Source: a virus
Taxonomy: Duplodnaviria > Caudoviricetes
DNA: 55,736 bases
Virus record (IMG/VR): IMGVR_UViG_3300027985_001320
Location: 1 to 55,736 of that record
Strand: one strand, 5' to 3'
Position numbers and translations under genes: made by a program. The notes under the pieces are model-generated. The model made no database searches and was not told the DNA's origin. It saw only the letters and a program-made list of their open reading frames with translations. Below, one piece after another: positions 46,016 to 55,517 of this stretch; position 1 is the first letter of the stretch; every line of letters starts with the position of its first letter.

Positions 46016-46477
46016 TTAGGCCAATACCAACTCGGGGTCCAGCAGAACATCCAGATCGCGCCGCATGTCGTCAGCGCGGCCATAGCGAAACCAATCGGGA
46101 CACCGTTCGATAAATAACCGTTTTAAACACTCCCGCCCTTCCGGTTCACGCATCACACTTTCCAGATCTTTACCGTGACAGAGTTCATCAATGGCGACTT
46201 CAATATTCTCACCATACCACAAAGTGGCATGGATGGCCGCCGGCCACTGTAACGCAGCCTGTGTCTGACTCAGTTTCAACGCATCCACAATCCGTTGTAG
46301 CGCGTCGGGCTTAGGGTCTGACGTGTGGTTGAGAACACCGTAAAGCGAGCCGATATACATGGCGCGTTGCGTTTGCCCCGACACCCAACACAACATGGAC
46401 CGGATCACCGCCACGGCGAGCCGTGTCGATAATCGACGCGACGCATCACTACAATGCGCATGTAGATGTGTTTTCAT
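46016..46477 (-). CDS. Hypothetical protein (153 aa)
   Basis: AAGGTG RBS. P.WFRYG motif. Downstream of RNase H. Confidence 0.7.
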   Translation of the reverse strand: MKTHLHAHCSDASRRLSTRLAVAVIRSMLCWVSGQTQRAMYIGSLYGVLNHTSDPKPDALQRIVDALKLSQTQAALQWPAAIHATLWYGENIEVAIDELCHGKDLESVMREPEGRECLKRLFIERCPDWFRYGRADDMRRDLDVLLDPELVLA

Positions 46478-46493
46478 GTGTTATCACCTTGCC

Positions 46494-48143
46494 TTAAGTT
46501 TGTTTAAACCGCATGTTGGAAAACGGAGATTCCCATAGACCATAACCTTCGGCACACGTAATGTAGGTCGCATACCGAATCACGATTGGTGTTTCTGCCC
46601 AGGTCACGAGCGTAACAGTCGGCTGTTGGTCTTTGATTCGACCAAACAGGTTACGGGCCGGTAGATCCAATCCAACACATACCCGTACATTACCTTCGGT
46701 TCGGTCTTGCTGTCCGGTCGGGTAGTAGTGGCACGGAATATCCAGATGGTGGGTCGTGGCGGGCAATACCACGCGGGTAACCGGTTTCTCTTTAACCACA
46801 GTCGTCTCAAAGAAACGGTCAGTTATATCCGTAAATGCAAAGAACTTTGACTGTTCCCCCTCGTTTCGAATGGTTTGCAACCGTTCATCCATCGCGATGA
46901 AATGATCAAAGGCACGACGTGCTAACTGCGGCGGGTGGAGATGCGTGCTCACCGGCTTTTGATCCATCAGCGAGAGGTTAAGGTTACCTGTCCCAAAGAC
47001 CAACGCTTCACCTTGACTCTGCTTAATCAACTGCGTGTTCTTGGGTGGAAAGATTTCATCTAACCGGACGTAGAACAGCGTCTCGTAATCATCCCACTGG
47101 GGGCTATGGTGTCCCCGAGGGACGATACGATCAAAGTCCGCAATCAGCCGACTGTGCTGGCGTGCCAGCACTTGGTTAAATATATCATCGACCGTTTTGG
47201 TGTAAATGACCGCCGCACTGGTCGTACTCAGTAGTTTCCCCACCTGGGCGTCTTCTTTACTGTCATGGTTGCCCAAGGTCAATACATAGTAGTCTCCCAC
47301 CTTGGGCAGTTCCCGCTGGCGACTGGTGAAATACCATTTCGGCTGATCAATCAGCCCGGTTTCAATCCGATCAGGGTTCCAGTATTTGGCCGCCTCACTC
47401 ACTAACCACTGGGCTTGGGTACGACACAAGGCGATATCACCCTGGTTATTGATAATACCCAACGTAGCGTTCTGGTCCGCCTGTTTATTACCCGGACTCA
47501 ATGAGTGGCCTTTACACCAACTGATAAATAGCGTGTTGTGCTCACAATACGTGGTGATTAATGCCTTCATCTCCAACAGGAGTTCACTATTGGGTACGCC
47601 GGCCAGTTCCTGCGGTGTTTTGCGCATGGCATTGATTACGTAGGTACTATCGGGACGGAGCACCAGCACGGTAATCTTTTCCGCTATCGCAAAACGTATG
47701 GTTTCGATCACGGCGGTAATCTCCGCCGTATTATTGGTGCCTTCACGGCTCCCTGCGAGGAACAGATCCACGTAAGACGTGACCGTAACCTGTGGCAGCA
47801 GTCCCGTCTCTGTCGCCGCTAACGGGGTCTGTGCCTCGGTAAAGAGCGCCTGCAGTGCACCCCACGTATCCACGTCCGGTGGGGTCAGTTGACTAACGTC
47901 AGCGGTATAACTGCGGCGCCAAACCTTTTCTTTATCATCATTAGGTTCACCTTGCTGCTTTTCGATCTTAGCCGCTTCCAGTCGATACCCTAACGGGGTG
48001 GCGGTAAACCCATTCGCGCCGATCCCTTTTTTCTGTAACACGGGGGTATAGAAATACCCGTGCGCCCCGATGCCGGTAACGCCGTGGCTCGGGCGGGCGC
48101 CCCCATCCGTATAAATAACAGCATAGCGTGCAGTGGCGGTCAT
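46494..48143 (-). CDS. rnhA: Ribonuclease HI with large insertion and C-terminal extension (phiKZ gp155-like)
   Basis: IYTDGG, TNNTAEI, PDSTYVI and WCKGHS...GNKQAD catalytic motifs. AAGGA RBS before ATG 48143. Confidence 0.88.
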   Translation of the reverse strand: MTATARYAVIYTDGGARPSHGVTGIGAHGYFYTPVLQKKGIGANGFTATPLGYRLEAAKIEKQQGEPNDDKEKVWRRSYTADVSQLTPPDVDTWGALQALFTEAQTPLAATETGLLPQVTVTSYVDLFLAGSREGTNNTAEITAVIETIRFAIAEKITVLVLRPDSTYVINAMRKTPQELAGVPNSELLLEMKALITTYCEHNTLFISWCKGHSLSPGNKQADQNATLGIINNQGDIALCRTQAQWLVSEAAKYWNPDRIETGLIDQPKWYFTSRQRELPKVGDYYVLTLGNHDSKEDAQVGKLLSTTSAAVIYTKTVDDIFNQVLARQHSRLIADFDRIVPRGHHSPQWDDYETLFYVRLDEIFPPKNTQLIKQSQGEALVFGTGNLNLSLMDQKPVSTHLHPPQLARRAFDHFIAMDERLQTIRNEGEQSKFFAFTDITDRFFETTVVKEKPVTRVVLPATTHHLDIPCHYYPTGQQDRTEGNVRVCVGLDLPARNLFGRIKDQQPTVTLVTWAETPIVIRYATYITCAEGYGLWESPFSNMRFKQT

Positions 48144-48159
48144 GCGGAATCCTTTTTCT

Positions 48160-48579
48160 TCAGTGCTTCGTAGCTTGACTATTAGATAGGCCTGCCCCAT
48201 CGCGTTTTACGTTAAGCGGTGCAGGCCTTAGACATTCCCGCCGTATCTTCTTCAGCAACCCTTCCTGTTCATGTGACAGCGCCCGAATGTAGCTCCGTAA
48301 TTCACTGATATGCGTAATTAAACGACGTTGAATGTAATCCCGGTCATGCAGTTTGTCTTGGGGGATCACCGGCTTCTCGGGTAAGGGGGGGACCGTGGGA
48401 CGTAGTAGGTCACGACACCGATCGTCCACTGCCCCGGCCGTATTTAGCTGATCAACATGAATCCAGGTGTAGTTGTTCAACACTGCATTAGGATCAGGTT
48501 CATACAACGCTCCATTCGGGAAACTACACCCGGTTAGTCCAACACACACTATCCAGACGACGTGACGATTGATAAACAT
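48160..48579 (-). CDS. Lipoprotein, putative outer-membrane spanin (o-spanin)
   Basis: Hydrophobic signal peptide with lipobox LTGC, Pro-rich segment, downstream of an i-spanin-like gene. Confidence 0.6.
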   Translation of the reverse strand: MFINRHVVWIVCVGLTGCSFPNGALYEPDPNAVLNNYTWIHVDQLNTAGAVDDRCRDLLRPTVPPLPEKPVIPQDKLHDRDYIQRRLITHISELRSYIRALSHEQEGLLKKIRRECLRPAPLNVKRDGAGLSNSQATKH

Positions 48580-48602
48580 AATAGACAACCTTGTCTTAAA
48601 TT

Positions 48603-49112
48603 TTAGTCGATATCGCGTAATAACCGGTTAACATCAGCACCGGGTTCTGCCCGGCGATACCCTTGATTAGGGACCGGTAGAGGTGCCACGGCCCCTTGAC
48701 CGAGTTGACGTTTTAAATCTTTTACTAAGATCACCAGCTCAGCCCCCCGTTCTTGCTCGACTGACAACGCTAAGCGGTATTGCTCTAGCAAATCAGTCAT
48801 CACAAGTAAGCGGTCTTCGGTCTGTTCACCGAGTGCCCGTGCGTAATCCAACGCTTGCAGGGTTTTATCGTGCTGATGCGTCAGTGCCGCCAATTCAGCA
48901 TGGACCCGGACATTCTGCTGATTAACGGTAAAGGCAAAAAAGGACATATACGCAAAGAAGAGAAACAACAGCGTCCCCTCCAACATCAGCATGCTAAACG
49001 GATTGGTTTCTTTCCGCCCAAACTGCGTATCCTTACGGTTCGTATAGGCTTCTTTTATAAACGGTAAAAACAGCACGACAAACCGAATCAGTGAGCCTAT
49101 AAAGTTGTTCAT
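48603..49112 (-). CDS. Membrane protein with coiled coil, putative inner-membrane spanin (i-spanin)
   Basis: N-terminal hydrophobic helices (LLFLFFAYMSFFAFTV) followed by a heptad-rich region. GGAG RBS. Confidence 0.55.
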   Translation of the reverse strand: MNNFIGSLIRFVVLFLPFIKEAYTNRKDTQFGRKETNPFSMLMLEGTLLFLFFAYMSFFAFTVNQQNVRVHAELAALTHQHDKTLQALDYARALGEQTEDRLLVMTDLLEQYRLALSVEQERGAELVILVKDLKRQLGQGAVAPLPVPNQGYRRAEPGADVNRLLRDID

Positions 49113-49293
49113 CTACATCACTCCAACTATTGACAGCCTGAACCGTCGGATATTTGCTTACTGTGGGGCCTGATTATATAGATCTTGAGGGTCTTTTTAC
49201 CTCAGTTAACCGGTGTAAACCACCGATCAAGCTTAGGCGTAAACGCTTAAACTAGAATCATACTTTAGCGGTCACAAAGAAGAGGGGCGACCT

Positions 49294-51552
49294 ATGTATA
49301 CCTTAAAGGGCTTTATCGAACTGCCGGGGTGGGAAGATAACGCCAGTAACGCACTTGCACGTTTCGGTGAACTAGCCCCGATCCGACGCACCTTCGCTAA
49401 AGACAAAGGGATCTACAGTGACGACACCTATCCCGGTGTACGGTTACTGGCATTTATGAGTGAAGACGCCACCGGCGTCGTGACGGCGCCCGTGGACGTG
49501 ATCTCCGTGGTGCTCAATCTGGCCCACTGGCTACGTGGCCATGCGGTGGCCGGCACTCTGAGCGATACGGAAACGGACTTAGCTGCCGCGATTATCGGCG
49601 CCTTTGGCACACAGGTCGCTAACGTCGACGTCGGGACCATTGTTGAAGAGGCTGTCACCGGCTACCGTCTCCCTATTCGTCTGCGCTTTAACGTCACCGG
49701 TGGCACCGATACTCAAGATGTGAGCCTGTGGTTCACGGATGCTGAATTCGCCACGACTTATCCGGAATACTCTATCGCGGTCATCCCCCCGGTGGCCGAT
49801 CTGGATGCCTTCTATAACCAGCTGTCGGCGGCGGTCCAAACGCAATACGTACCGCGCACCGTGACGGAAACCCTGGCATTAGTACAAGCCAACCGTGGCC
49901 TGTATCCGGAAACATTGTCAGCTGGGCTTGAGTTTAACGCGTACTTCGTCAATGCACCGGGTACCCCGTTTATTTCGACCGTATGGACCTACATGAACTG
50001 GGGGGTGGCAGGCGATAACATCGATGTTATCCGCACCGCCTTACAAAACTACATTCTGGATAATAGCACCCACACCCGGGCGGAGTGGACGCCGATTCTC
50101 CCTGACCTGTTCTTGTCGACGGAGTTTGTGATCGTCCCGGGGTGGAATGTTTATGCGATTCCGAACCAGGAACTGGTCAGCGGACTGTACAGTCCCCAGC
50201 TGTCGTACGTGCAAATCAACCGCCTGCTCGGGAATGGGTTACCTGCTGAGTATCTGGCGAACGAAGCACAACTGCAACTCACGGTCGTGGTTACCGCGTC
50301 CATGTACAAATCATTGGGGTTGGTGACGGCCGGTGGGCCTGAAAACCGGGCGGGGATGGAACGGTTAAACCAGGTGATGACCGACTATATCGTCGTCCCA
50401 ACGACCAACTCTGAGTTCAACCGAATGAGTAGCATTACCCGTGAGTGGGTCGTCTTGCTGAACAAAGCGTTGTTACAAGCCGAAGTCGCCGACGACAGCT
50501 ACGAGTTAACGCCCGGCTTTAGCCGTGTCATCCGCGATGACCGCGTGTATATTTCGTTTTTCTACGACAGCGTACTTTATCTGGTATTAACCAAAGCCAC
50601 GCTGAGTGATCAGGATGTCAATAACGTGCTGATCCTGGATACCAGCGGGGACGGCACAGGTACCACCGTCACCTATTTTGGTGATGTGGGTTATTTCGCA
50701 TCAGGTATCTTGAGCTCCACTGCACTCACCCCGAATATCGACGCCATCGACTTGACGCAACTGGCGGATGCCGTCTCCTTCAGTGCACTGACTGTCGAAC
50801 GCAAGCAGTTGGTCGCGAGTACCAACGGCTCCCGCGGTGTCTTCGGGGGCGGTTGGGTCAGTGAAACCGAAACGGCGGTCTCCAGTTTGGAGTACCTCGA
50901 CTATGTGTTGCCGGCATTGGTGCAGACGTTTGGGGCTCTGGTGCAAGGGCGTCGAGAGATGGCCGCGGTTTCCGGTAGTGGCTACGCGGTCTTCGGGGGA
51001 GGCTATAGCACCACCTACCAGAACCACCTGGACGTGATTGACATTGCGATCCCAGGGGATGCTGTGTCGTTCGGGACATTGGCCACCGCCCGCTACGGGG
51101 CCGCCGGCACGTCGAACAACTTGACGGGGTATATTGCCGGGGGGATGACCAATCTACCGCTTGATACTTTGGAGTCGTTTGACATCCTGACCCAAGCGGA
51201 TGCGGCCACCTACAGTTTGTTGACGGTTGCCCGTGATCATCTGGCAGCGGGTTCTGATGGTACCACCGCGGTCTTCGGGGGCGGTAATACCGGCACGATG
51301 GTTAATACGATCGACAAACTAGCCTTTGCCGTTCCGGGCGCGACGACCGACTTCGGCGACTTAACGGTGGCGGTGGATGGCAATGCGGCCGCGCACAATG
51401 CTACCCGTGTTCTGTTCGCTGGCGGGCGCAGTGCAACCACCATTCCCGTCGATAATATCGGCGTGATTCTGCCGACCACCCCTGGAAATGCGACACCCTA
51501 TGGTAATCTGCGGTCGGCCACCGCGTCGTTGGCTGGCACGTCCGGCGCTTAA
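49294..51552 (+). CDS. Virion protein: phiKZ gp157-like N-terminal module plus six kelch-like (GG-repeat) blades
   Basis: MYTLKGF...FGELAP...TFAKDKG and ILDNSTHTRAEW...PDLF..TEF motifs. Six ~47-aa repeats of the form xxFGGG...IDI..PG.A..FG.L..AR. Confidence 0.72.
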   Translation: MYTLKGFIELPGWEDNASNALARFGELAPIRRTFAKDKGIYSDDTYPGVRLLAFMSEDATGVVTAPVDVISVVLNLAHWLRGHAVAGTLSDTETDLAAAIIGAFGTQVANVDVGTIVEEAVTGYRLPIRLRFNVTGGTDTQDVSLWFTDAEFATTYPEYSIAVIPPVADLDAFYNQLSAAVQTQYVPRTVTETLALVQANRGLYPETLSAGLEFNAYFVNAPGTPFISTVWTYMNWGVAGDNIDVIRTALQNYILDNSTHTRAEWTPILPDLFLSTEFVIVPGWNVYAIPNQELVSGLYSPQLSYVQINRLLGNGLPAEYLANEAQLQLTVVVTASMYKSLGLVTAGGPENRAGMERLNQVMTDYIVVPTTNSEFNRMSSITREWVVLLNKALLQAEVADDSYELTPGFSRVIRDDRVYISFFYDSVLYLVLTKATLSDQDVNNVLILDTSGDGTGTTVTYFGDVGYFASGILSSTALTPNIDAIDLTQLADAVSFSALTVERKQLVASTNGSRGVFGGGWVSETETAVSSLEYLDYVLPALVQTFGALVQGRREMAAVSGSGYAVFGGGYSTTYQNHLDVIDIAIPGDAVSFGTLATARYGAAGTSNNLTGYIAGGMTNLPLDTLESFDILTQADAATYSLLTVARDHLAAGSDGTTAVFGGGNTGTMVNTIDKLAFAVPGATTDFGDLTVAVDGNAAAHNATRVLFAGGRSATTIPVDNIGVILPTTPGNATPYGNLRSATASLAGTSGA

Positions 51553-51559
51553 ACCGGTC

Positions 51560-51590
51560 GCTGGGGAAGGGGGTAACCCCCTTTCCCGGC
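51560..51590 (+). terminator. Hairpin between the two gp157-like paralogs
   Basis: GCTGGGGAAGGGGG-TAA-CCCCCTTTCCCGGC, followed by TATGTC at 51600. Confidence 0.6.
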
Positions 51591-51620
51591 ACCCTGAATT
51601 ATGTCTCCATGGAGCCTGTT

Positions 51621-54600
51621 ATGTATACCGTCAATGGTTTTATCGAGATCGCCGATTGGGTCGACAATACCACGGCGACAGTGGCGCCGGTGGGGGAACT
51701 CTCACCCATTGCCCGCACCTATGCGCAAGATAAGGGCCGCTACGCCAGTGAGTCGTATGAGGGATACGAACTCATCACATTTATTAGCCGCGATCAAGAT
51801 GACCAGTACGTCACCTTGCCACAGGTAGCGGTGGATGCGGTATTTGACGTGGTGTTGTATTTGCAAAATCTTGCCGATGCGGGCATCTTGCCCTTGACCG
51901 CCGCGCAGCTGAAATTGGATCTGATTAACCGATACACGAATGGCTATAGTAACTTCGCCCTCAGCGAGGTAGTCGCTACCGGGATCGGGCAACAGCGGTT
52001 CATCAATCGCCTGAGCTTCAACTTTACTAGCCTCACCGGTCAGTCCTTTGCCTTTGCGTTGTGGTTTTCCAATGCGGAATTTATCGCCACCTTTCCCGCC
52101 TTCCTTACGGCGGTGATTCCGCCAGATGAAGACCTGAATACGTTTTATCTCAAAATGGCGGGCTATACAGCCGATACTTTTACCGCGGCCCCCTTAGTGG
52201 ATGTTTTAATGGCGATCCGCTTAACCCGTGCGCAGTACCCCGAAACCTTGCTGACGACCCGGGAGTATACCGCCCACTTTTTCAATCTGACGCTGGTTGA
52301 ACAACCCCTAGTTAACTTTGCAACCACCTGGACGATCCTGGTGTGGGGGACGCAATCCCCAGCCGAATCCACTATTCGGGCGGCGTTACAAAACTACATT
52401 CTGGATAACAGCGATTATACACGCAGCCAGTGGGCGAAAGTCTTTCCCGAACTCTTTAACGCTCAAGAATTCATTGTTATCCCCGACTGGGATATTTATG
52501 CGATTCCGAACCAGGAAGTGGAGGCTGGTCTCTATAGCCCAGCGGTTAATTACCACCAGATCAACCGGATGGTACGGGAAGGGCTACCAGACGATTATAA
52601 CGCGCATCTCAGCGACGTTCAGAAAAACCTGGAGCTGACTACCTTTATTTACAAATCGCTCTCTCTGGCGGTTATAGGCGGCCTTGACAACGCGATCGGC
52701 ATGACGTTACTGTCGGCGGTTTTCCCAGACTACGTTTTAGTTGATTCACTGGATCCCCGTTTTGCTCGCATGGCCCCACGGACGCAAGCATTTGTCTTGC
52801 TGCTAGAAGCAGCGATCATGGAGGCTGAAGGGTTGACGCCGTACAACCAATTGGATGTTCGGTTTAGTCGAGAATTCCGCGACGGGCGCTACTATGTCAC
52901 CTTTGACTATGAGGAACTCCATTATCTCGTACTGGCGAAGCGGTCGATGCACGTGCAGGACATGGATAATCACCTGCTGTTGGATACGGCACTTCATACG
53001 TACGTTAACCCGCATGAGGAAGCGATCGAGGTGCCACCGGAGCCCGTACCAGACCCCGTGTATACGTTCTTGGAGAGCAAAACGGTCGCCAGTGATGAGA
53101 AAGGGATTGTTTTCATCGACGATGATGGTTACATCAAACCCTTTGCTGAAGATTATAACGTCCGGGCGCAAGATGCGGTGTTGGGATGGGGGCGTGTTCC
53201 AGCAATGATCTCAGCGTCCTGTACGGGCAATTTGGTGTTGGTTCTGGATACCGCCGGTGAGGTCACTTTCCTTGGAACCAGCGGCCAATTTAACGTCAAT
53301 GATTACCGCCTTGAACGGTTTAAGAATGTAGCGTATGTTAACGCCAGTTTTTACGATGCCGCCTTGATGGTCTTTCTGGACGGGACCGTTCACGCAATTG
53401 GTGCCGACTGGTATGGTGAAATCTCTGGGGTGAATAACGCAGGCATTACGGACGCGATTGCTATCTGTGGCGGTTTCTTTCATACCACAGTGCTGCATGA
53501 AGGGGGAACCTGCTCAACGTATGGGATTGTCTCTGAAGCCTATTTAGCCCGTGAAGCCGAAGTGACCGGAGTTGTTAAATTATATCGTAGCGATACCTTC
53601 AGCATCTATCAGTACAGCGATAACAGCATTGAATTTAACTCGATCTATGACACGATCTCGCCAACATCTGCATACGCTTTGATGTCTGACACTGATCGTC
53701 AGAATGTTAGAGGTTATGCTATCGCCGCTAGTGTCCACATCATCATGTACCTGGATGGGACCGTCAAAGCTTTTGTGGCGGCAGGGTCGGATGACTACGA
53801 TATTGCTGCGGATATTAACGCCGCGGGGATTATGGATGCTGTGGAGGTGGCCGGCGGGCGCCGTAATGCTATGATCCGCCATGCTTCTGGTGCGATTACA
53901 GTGTATGGGACTACAGTCCTGAGTAGCATCATTTCGGCGTGGCAGCAGGACGGTGTGGGTTTTGCTGGGGTGTTTGATGCAGTCGCGATGGAGGTCGACG
54001 CAGCATGTGGCTATGCATTACGCAGCGATAATACCCTGATTAGTTTTGGGGATAATTACTATCGGAACAGCCCTACCGCTTCACGAGGGTTTGGCGAAGG
54101 GAACCTCGTTAAGGTCGAGGATTATGATGACTGTTATCTAGGGTTATTTGATAACGGTTATGTCCGTTGGACCGACCTCATAGTCGATAAGCAAGATACT
54201 CAAGTCGTGCACACTGATGCGGTTGATATCGCGATCGGCTACTACAGTTATAAGAACACACCGGTCGTGGTACGCTCTGACGGGGGCGTTGACGTTACGA
54301 TCAGCACTACGGAGGGTGACCTGATTGCGGCGTCAGTCAGTGGAATTACGGATGCGGTGAAGGTGGCGGCAGGGAAAGGTTATCTGGCCGTTCTTCATGC
54401 CACTGGACGTGTCAGTATGCATGGGGTTGATACGTATGGTACCTTCGCCGAGGTAGAAGCGTGGACGGATATTATTCAGATATTCGGTGAAAGGACCTAT
54501 GTCATTGGGGTGGATGCTACGTTAACTGCGTATACTGCGGGTAACTTTGCGTACGGCCCGCAGGGCGAGACGGACGTGGTAGGGGTCAGTACGTATGCGG

Positions 54601-55517
54601 ATAGTTGTATGTGCATGTACCCCAATGGTTCGGTCAAGGTGTTCGGTCCCTATCACGGTACGGTCATTGAGTACGTTGGTAACTTTATGCGCAGCATCGT
54701 TCAGATTCACCGTGACTATGACCGCGCCGTCATGATGGATGATGCTGGACATTTAATCAAGTACACATATCATGCCGAGGCGGCCGAAGCAACTAACCTC
54801 CAGGGGATCACGGTCACCCCCACCGGAACAGTTCAAGCCCCTGAAGTGCCCATATCAGCCCTACCCGATACACCCTCTCCTCATGGACCACGTGGGTATG
54901 TTATCGGAGGGGACGATGTCGGGTTTCGCAATGATTACACGGATTTGATCCAGATCATCGATATTGCGACACCGGGCAACACGGGCTATTTCGGTAGCTT
55001 GATTTATGCCCGATCTGAAGCGGTGGCCGCGTCAAATGGTCACCGTGCCGTCTTTAACACCGGGGAGGGGTATGGTCCGACCTGGAACCGTACGGTTTTT
55101 GACTACATCCAGTTAGGGACACCTGCGTTAGCGGCGATCTACGGTGACAGTGGATTGTCGGTAGCCTGGGCACAAGGGTCGTCGGTGGGGGATGTGGCTT
55201 TGTTTGTGGGCGGATATGATACCGATACCTGGGACAGTATCCGCACCATCTTCCAGTGTCAGCTCTCCACACCTGGCACAGTCGCCAGTTATTCGGACCT
55301 GAGTAAGGAGCTGGAGGAGGGGACGGCCACGTCGGATAACAGCCGCATTTATCTGATCGGCGGATATGAAACTCTGGACTATAACTACGCCATGGGCGTC
55401 ACCGTTCTGGATCCGATCCAACAGACAGAAGCCAATGACTTTGCCACCTTCACAGTATCGTTGGGGGGAAATATGTCGGCGGCGTCGACCTCAGGCCGTA
55501 ACAGGTGGTGGTTATAA
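51621..55517 (+). CDS. Virion protein: gp157-like module, RCC1-like repeats and kelch-like blades; reading frame disrupted near 55,493
   Basis: GGAG RBS before ATG 51621. N-terminal ~440 aa paralogous to 49294..51552. Repeats such as GITDAIAICGGFFHTTVLHEGGTCSTYG. Four kelch-like blades, then a frame change. Confidence 0.72.
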   Translation: MYTVNGFIEIADWVDNTTATVAPVGELSPIARTYAQDKGRYASESYEGYELITFISRDQDDQYVTLPQVAVDAVFDVVLYLQNLADAGILPLTAAQLKLDLINRYTNGYSNFALSEVVATGIGQQRFINRLSFNFTSLTGQSFAFALWFSNAEFIATFPAFLTAVIPPDEDLNTFYLKMAGYTADTFTAAPLVDVLMAIRLTRAQYPETLLTTREYTAHFFNLTLVEQPLVNFATTWTILVWGTQSPAESTIRAALQNYILDNSDYTRSQWAKVFPELFNAQEFIVIPDWDIYAIPNQEVEAGLYSPAVNYHQINRMVREGLPDDYNAHLSDVQKNLELTTFIYKSLSLAVIGGLDNAIGMTLLSAVFPDYVLVDSLDPRFARMAPRTQAFVLLLEAAIMEAEGLTPYNQLDVRFSREFRDGRYYVTFDYEELHYLVLAKRSMHVQDMDNHLLLDTALHTYVNPHEEAIEVPPEPVPDPVYTFLESKTVASDEKGIVFIDDDGYIKPFAEDYNVRAQDAVLGWGRVPAMISASCTGNLVLVLDTAGEVTFLGTSGQFNVNDYRLERFKNVAYVNASFYDAALMVFLDGTVHAIGADWYGEISGVNNAGITDAIAICGGFFHTTVLHEGGTCSTYGIVSEAYLAREAEVTGVVKLYRSDTFSIYQYSDNSIEFNSIYDTISPTSAYALMSDTDRQNVRGYAIAASVHIIMYLDGTVKAFVAAGSDDYDIAADINAAGIMDAVEVAGGRRNAMIRHASGAITVYGTTVLSSIISAWQQDGVGFAGVFDAVAMEVDAACGYALRSDNTLISFGDNYYRNSPTASRGFGEGNLVKVEDYDDCYLGLFDNGYVRWTDLIVDKQDTQVVHTDAVDIAIGYYSYKNTPVVVRSDGGVDVTISTTEGDLIAASVSGITDAVKVAAGKGYLAVLHATGRVSMHGVDTYGTFAEVEAWTDIIQIFGERTYVIGVDATLTAYTAGNFAYGPQGETDVVGVSTYADSCMCMYPNGSVKVFGPYHGTVIEYVGNFMRSIVQIHRDYDRAVMMDDAGHLIKYTYHAEAAEATNLQGITVTPTGTVQAPEVPISALPDTPSPHGPRGYVIGGDDVGFRNDYTDLIQIIDIATPGNTGYFGSLIYARSEAVAASNGHRAVFNTGEGYGPTWNRTVFDYIQLGTPALAAIYGDSGLSVAWAQGSSVGDVALFVGGYDTDTWDSIRTIFQCQLSTPGTVASYSDLSKELEEGTATSDNSRIYLIGGYETLDYNYAMGVTVLDPIQQTEANDFATFTVSLGGNMSAASTSGRNRWWL

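Noticed and set aside
46494-48143. Unusually long RNase H with a large insert after the first catalytic Asp
   Set aside because: As far as I recall, long RNase H proteins with this insertion and C-terminal extension are normal in phiKZ-like phages.
55466-55472. GGGAAAT slippery heptamer as a programmed -1 frameshift site
   Set aside because: The -1 frame hits TAA within about 10 codons, while the repeat continuation is in the +1 frame. The 0 frame still fits the repeat consensus for seven codons past the G-run, which also argues against a homopolymer error there.
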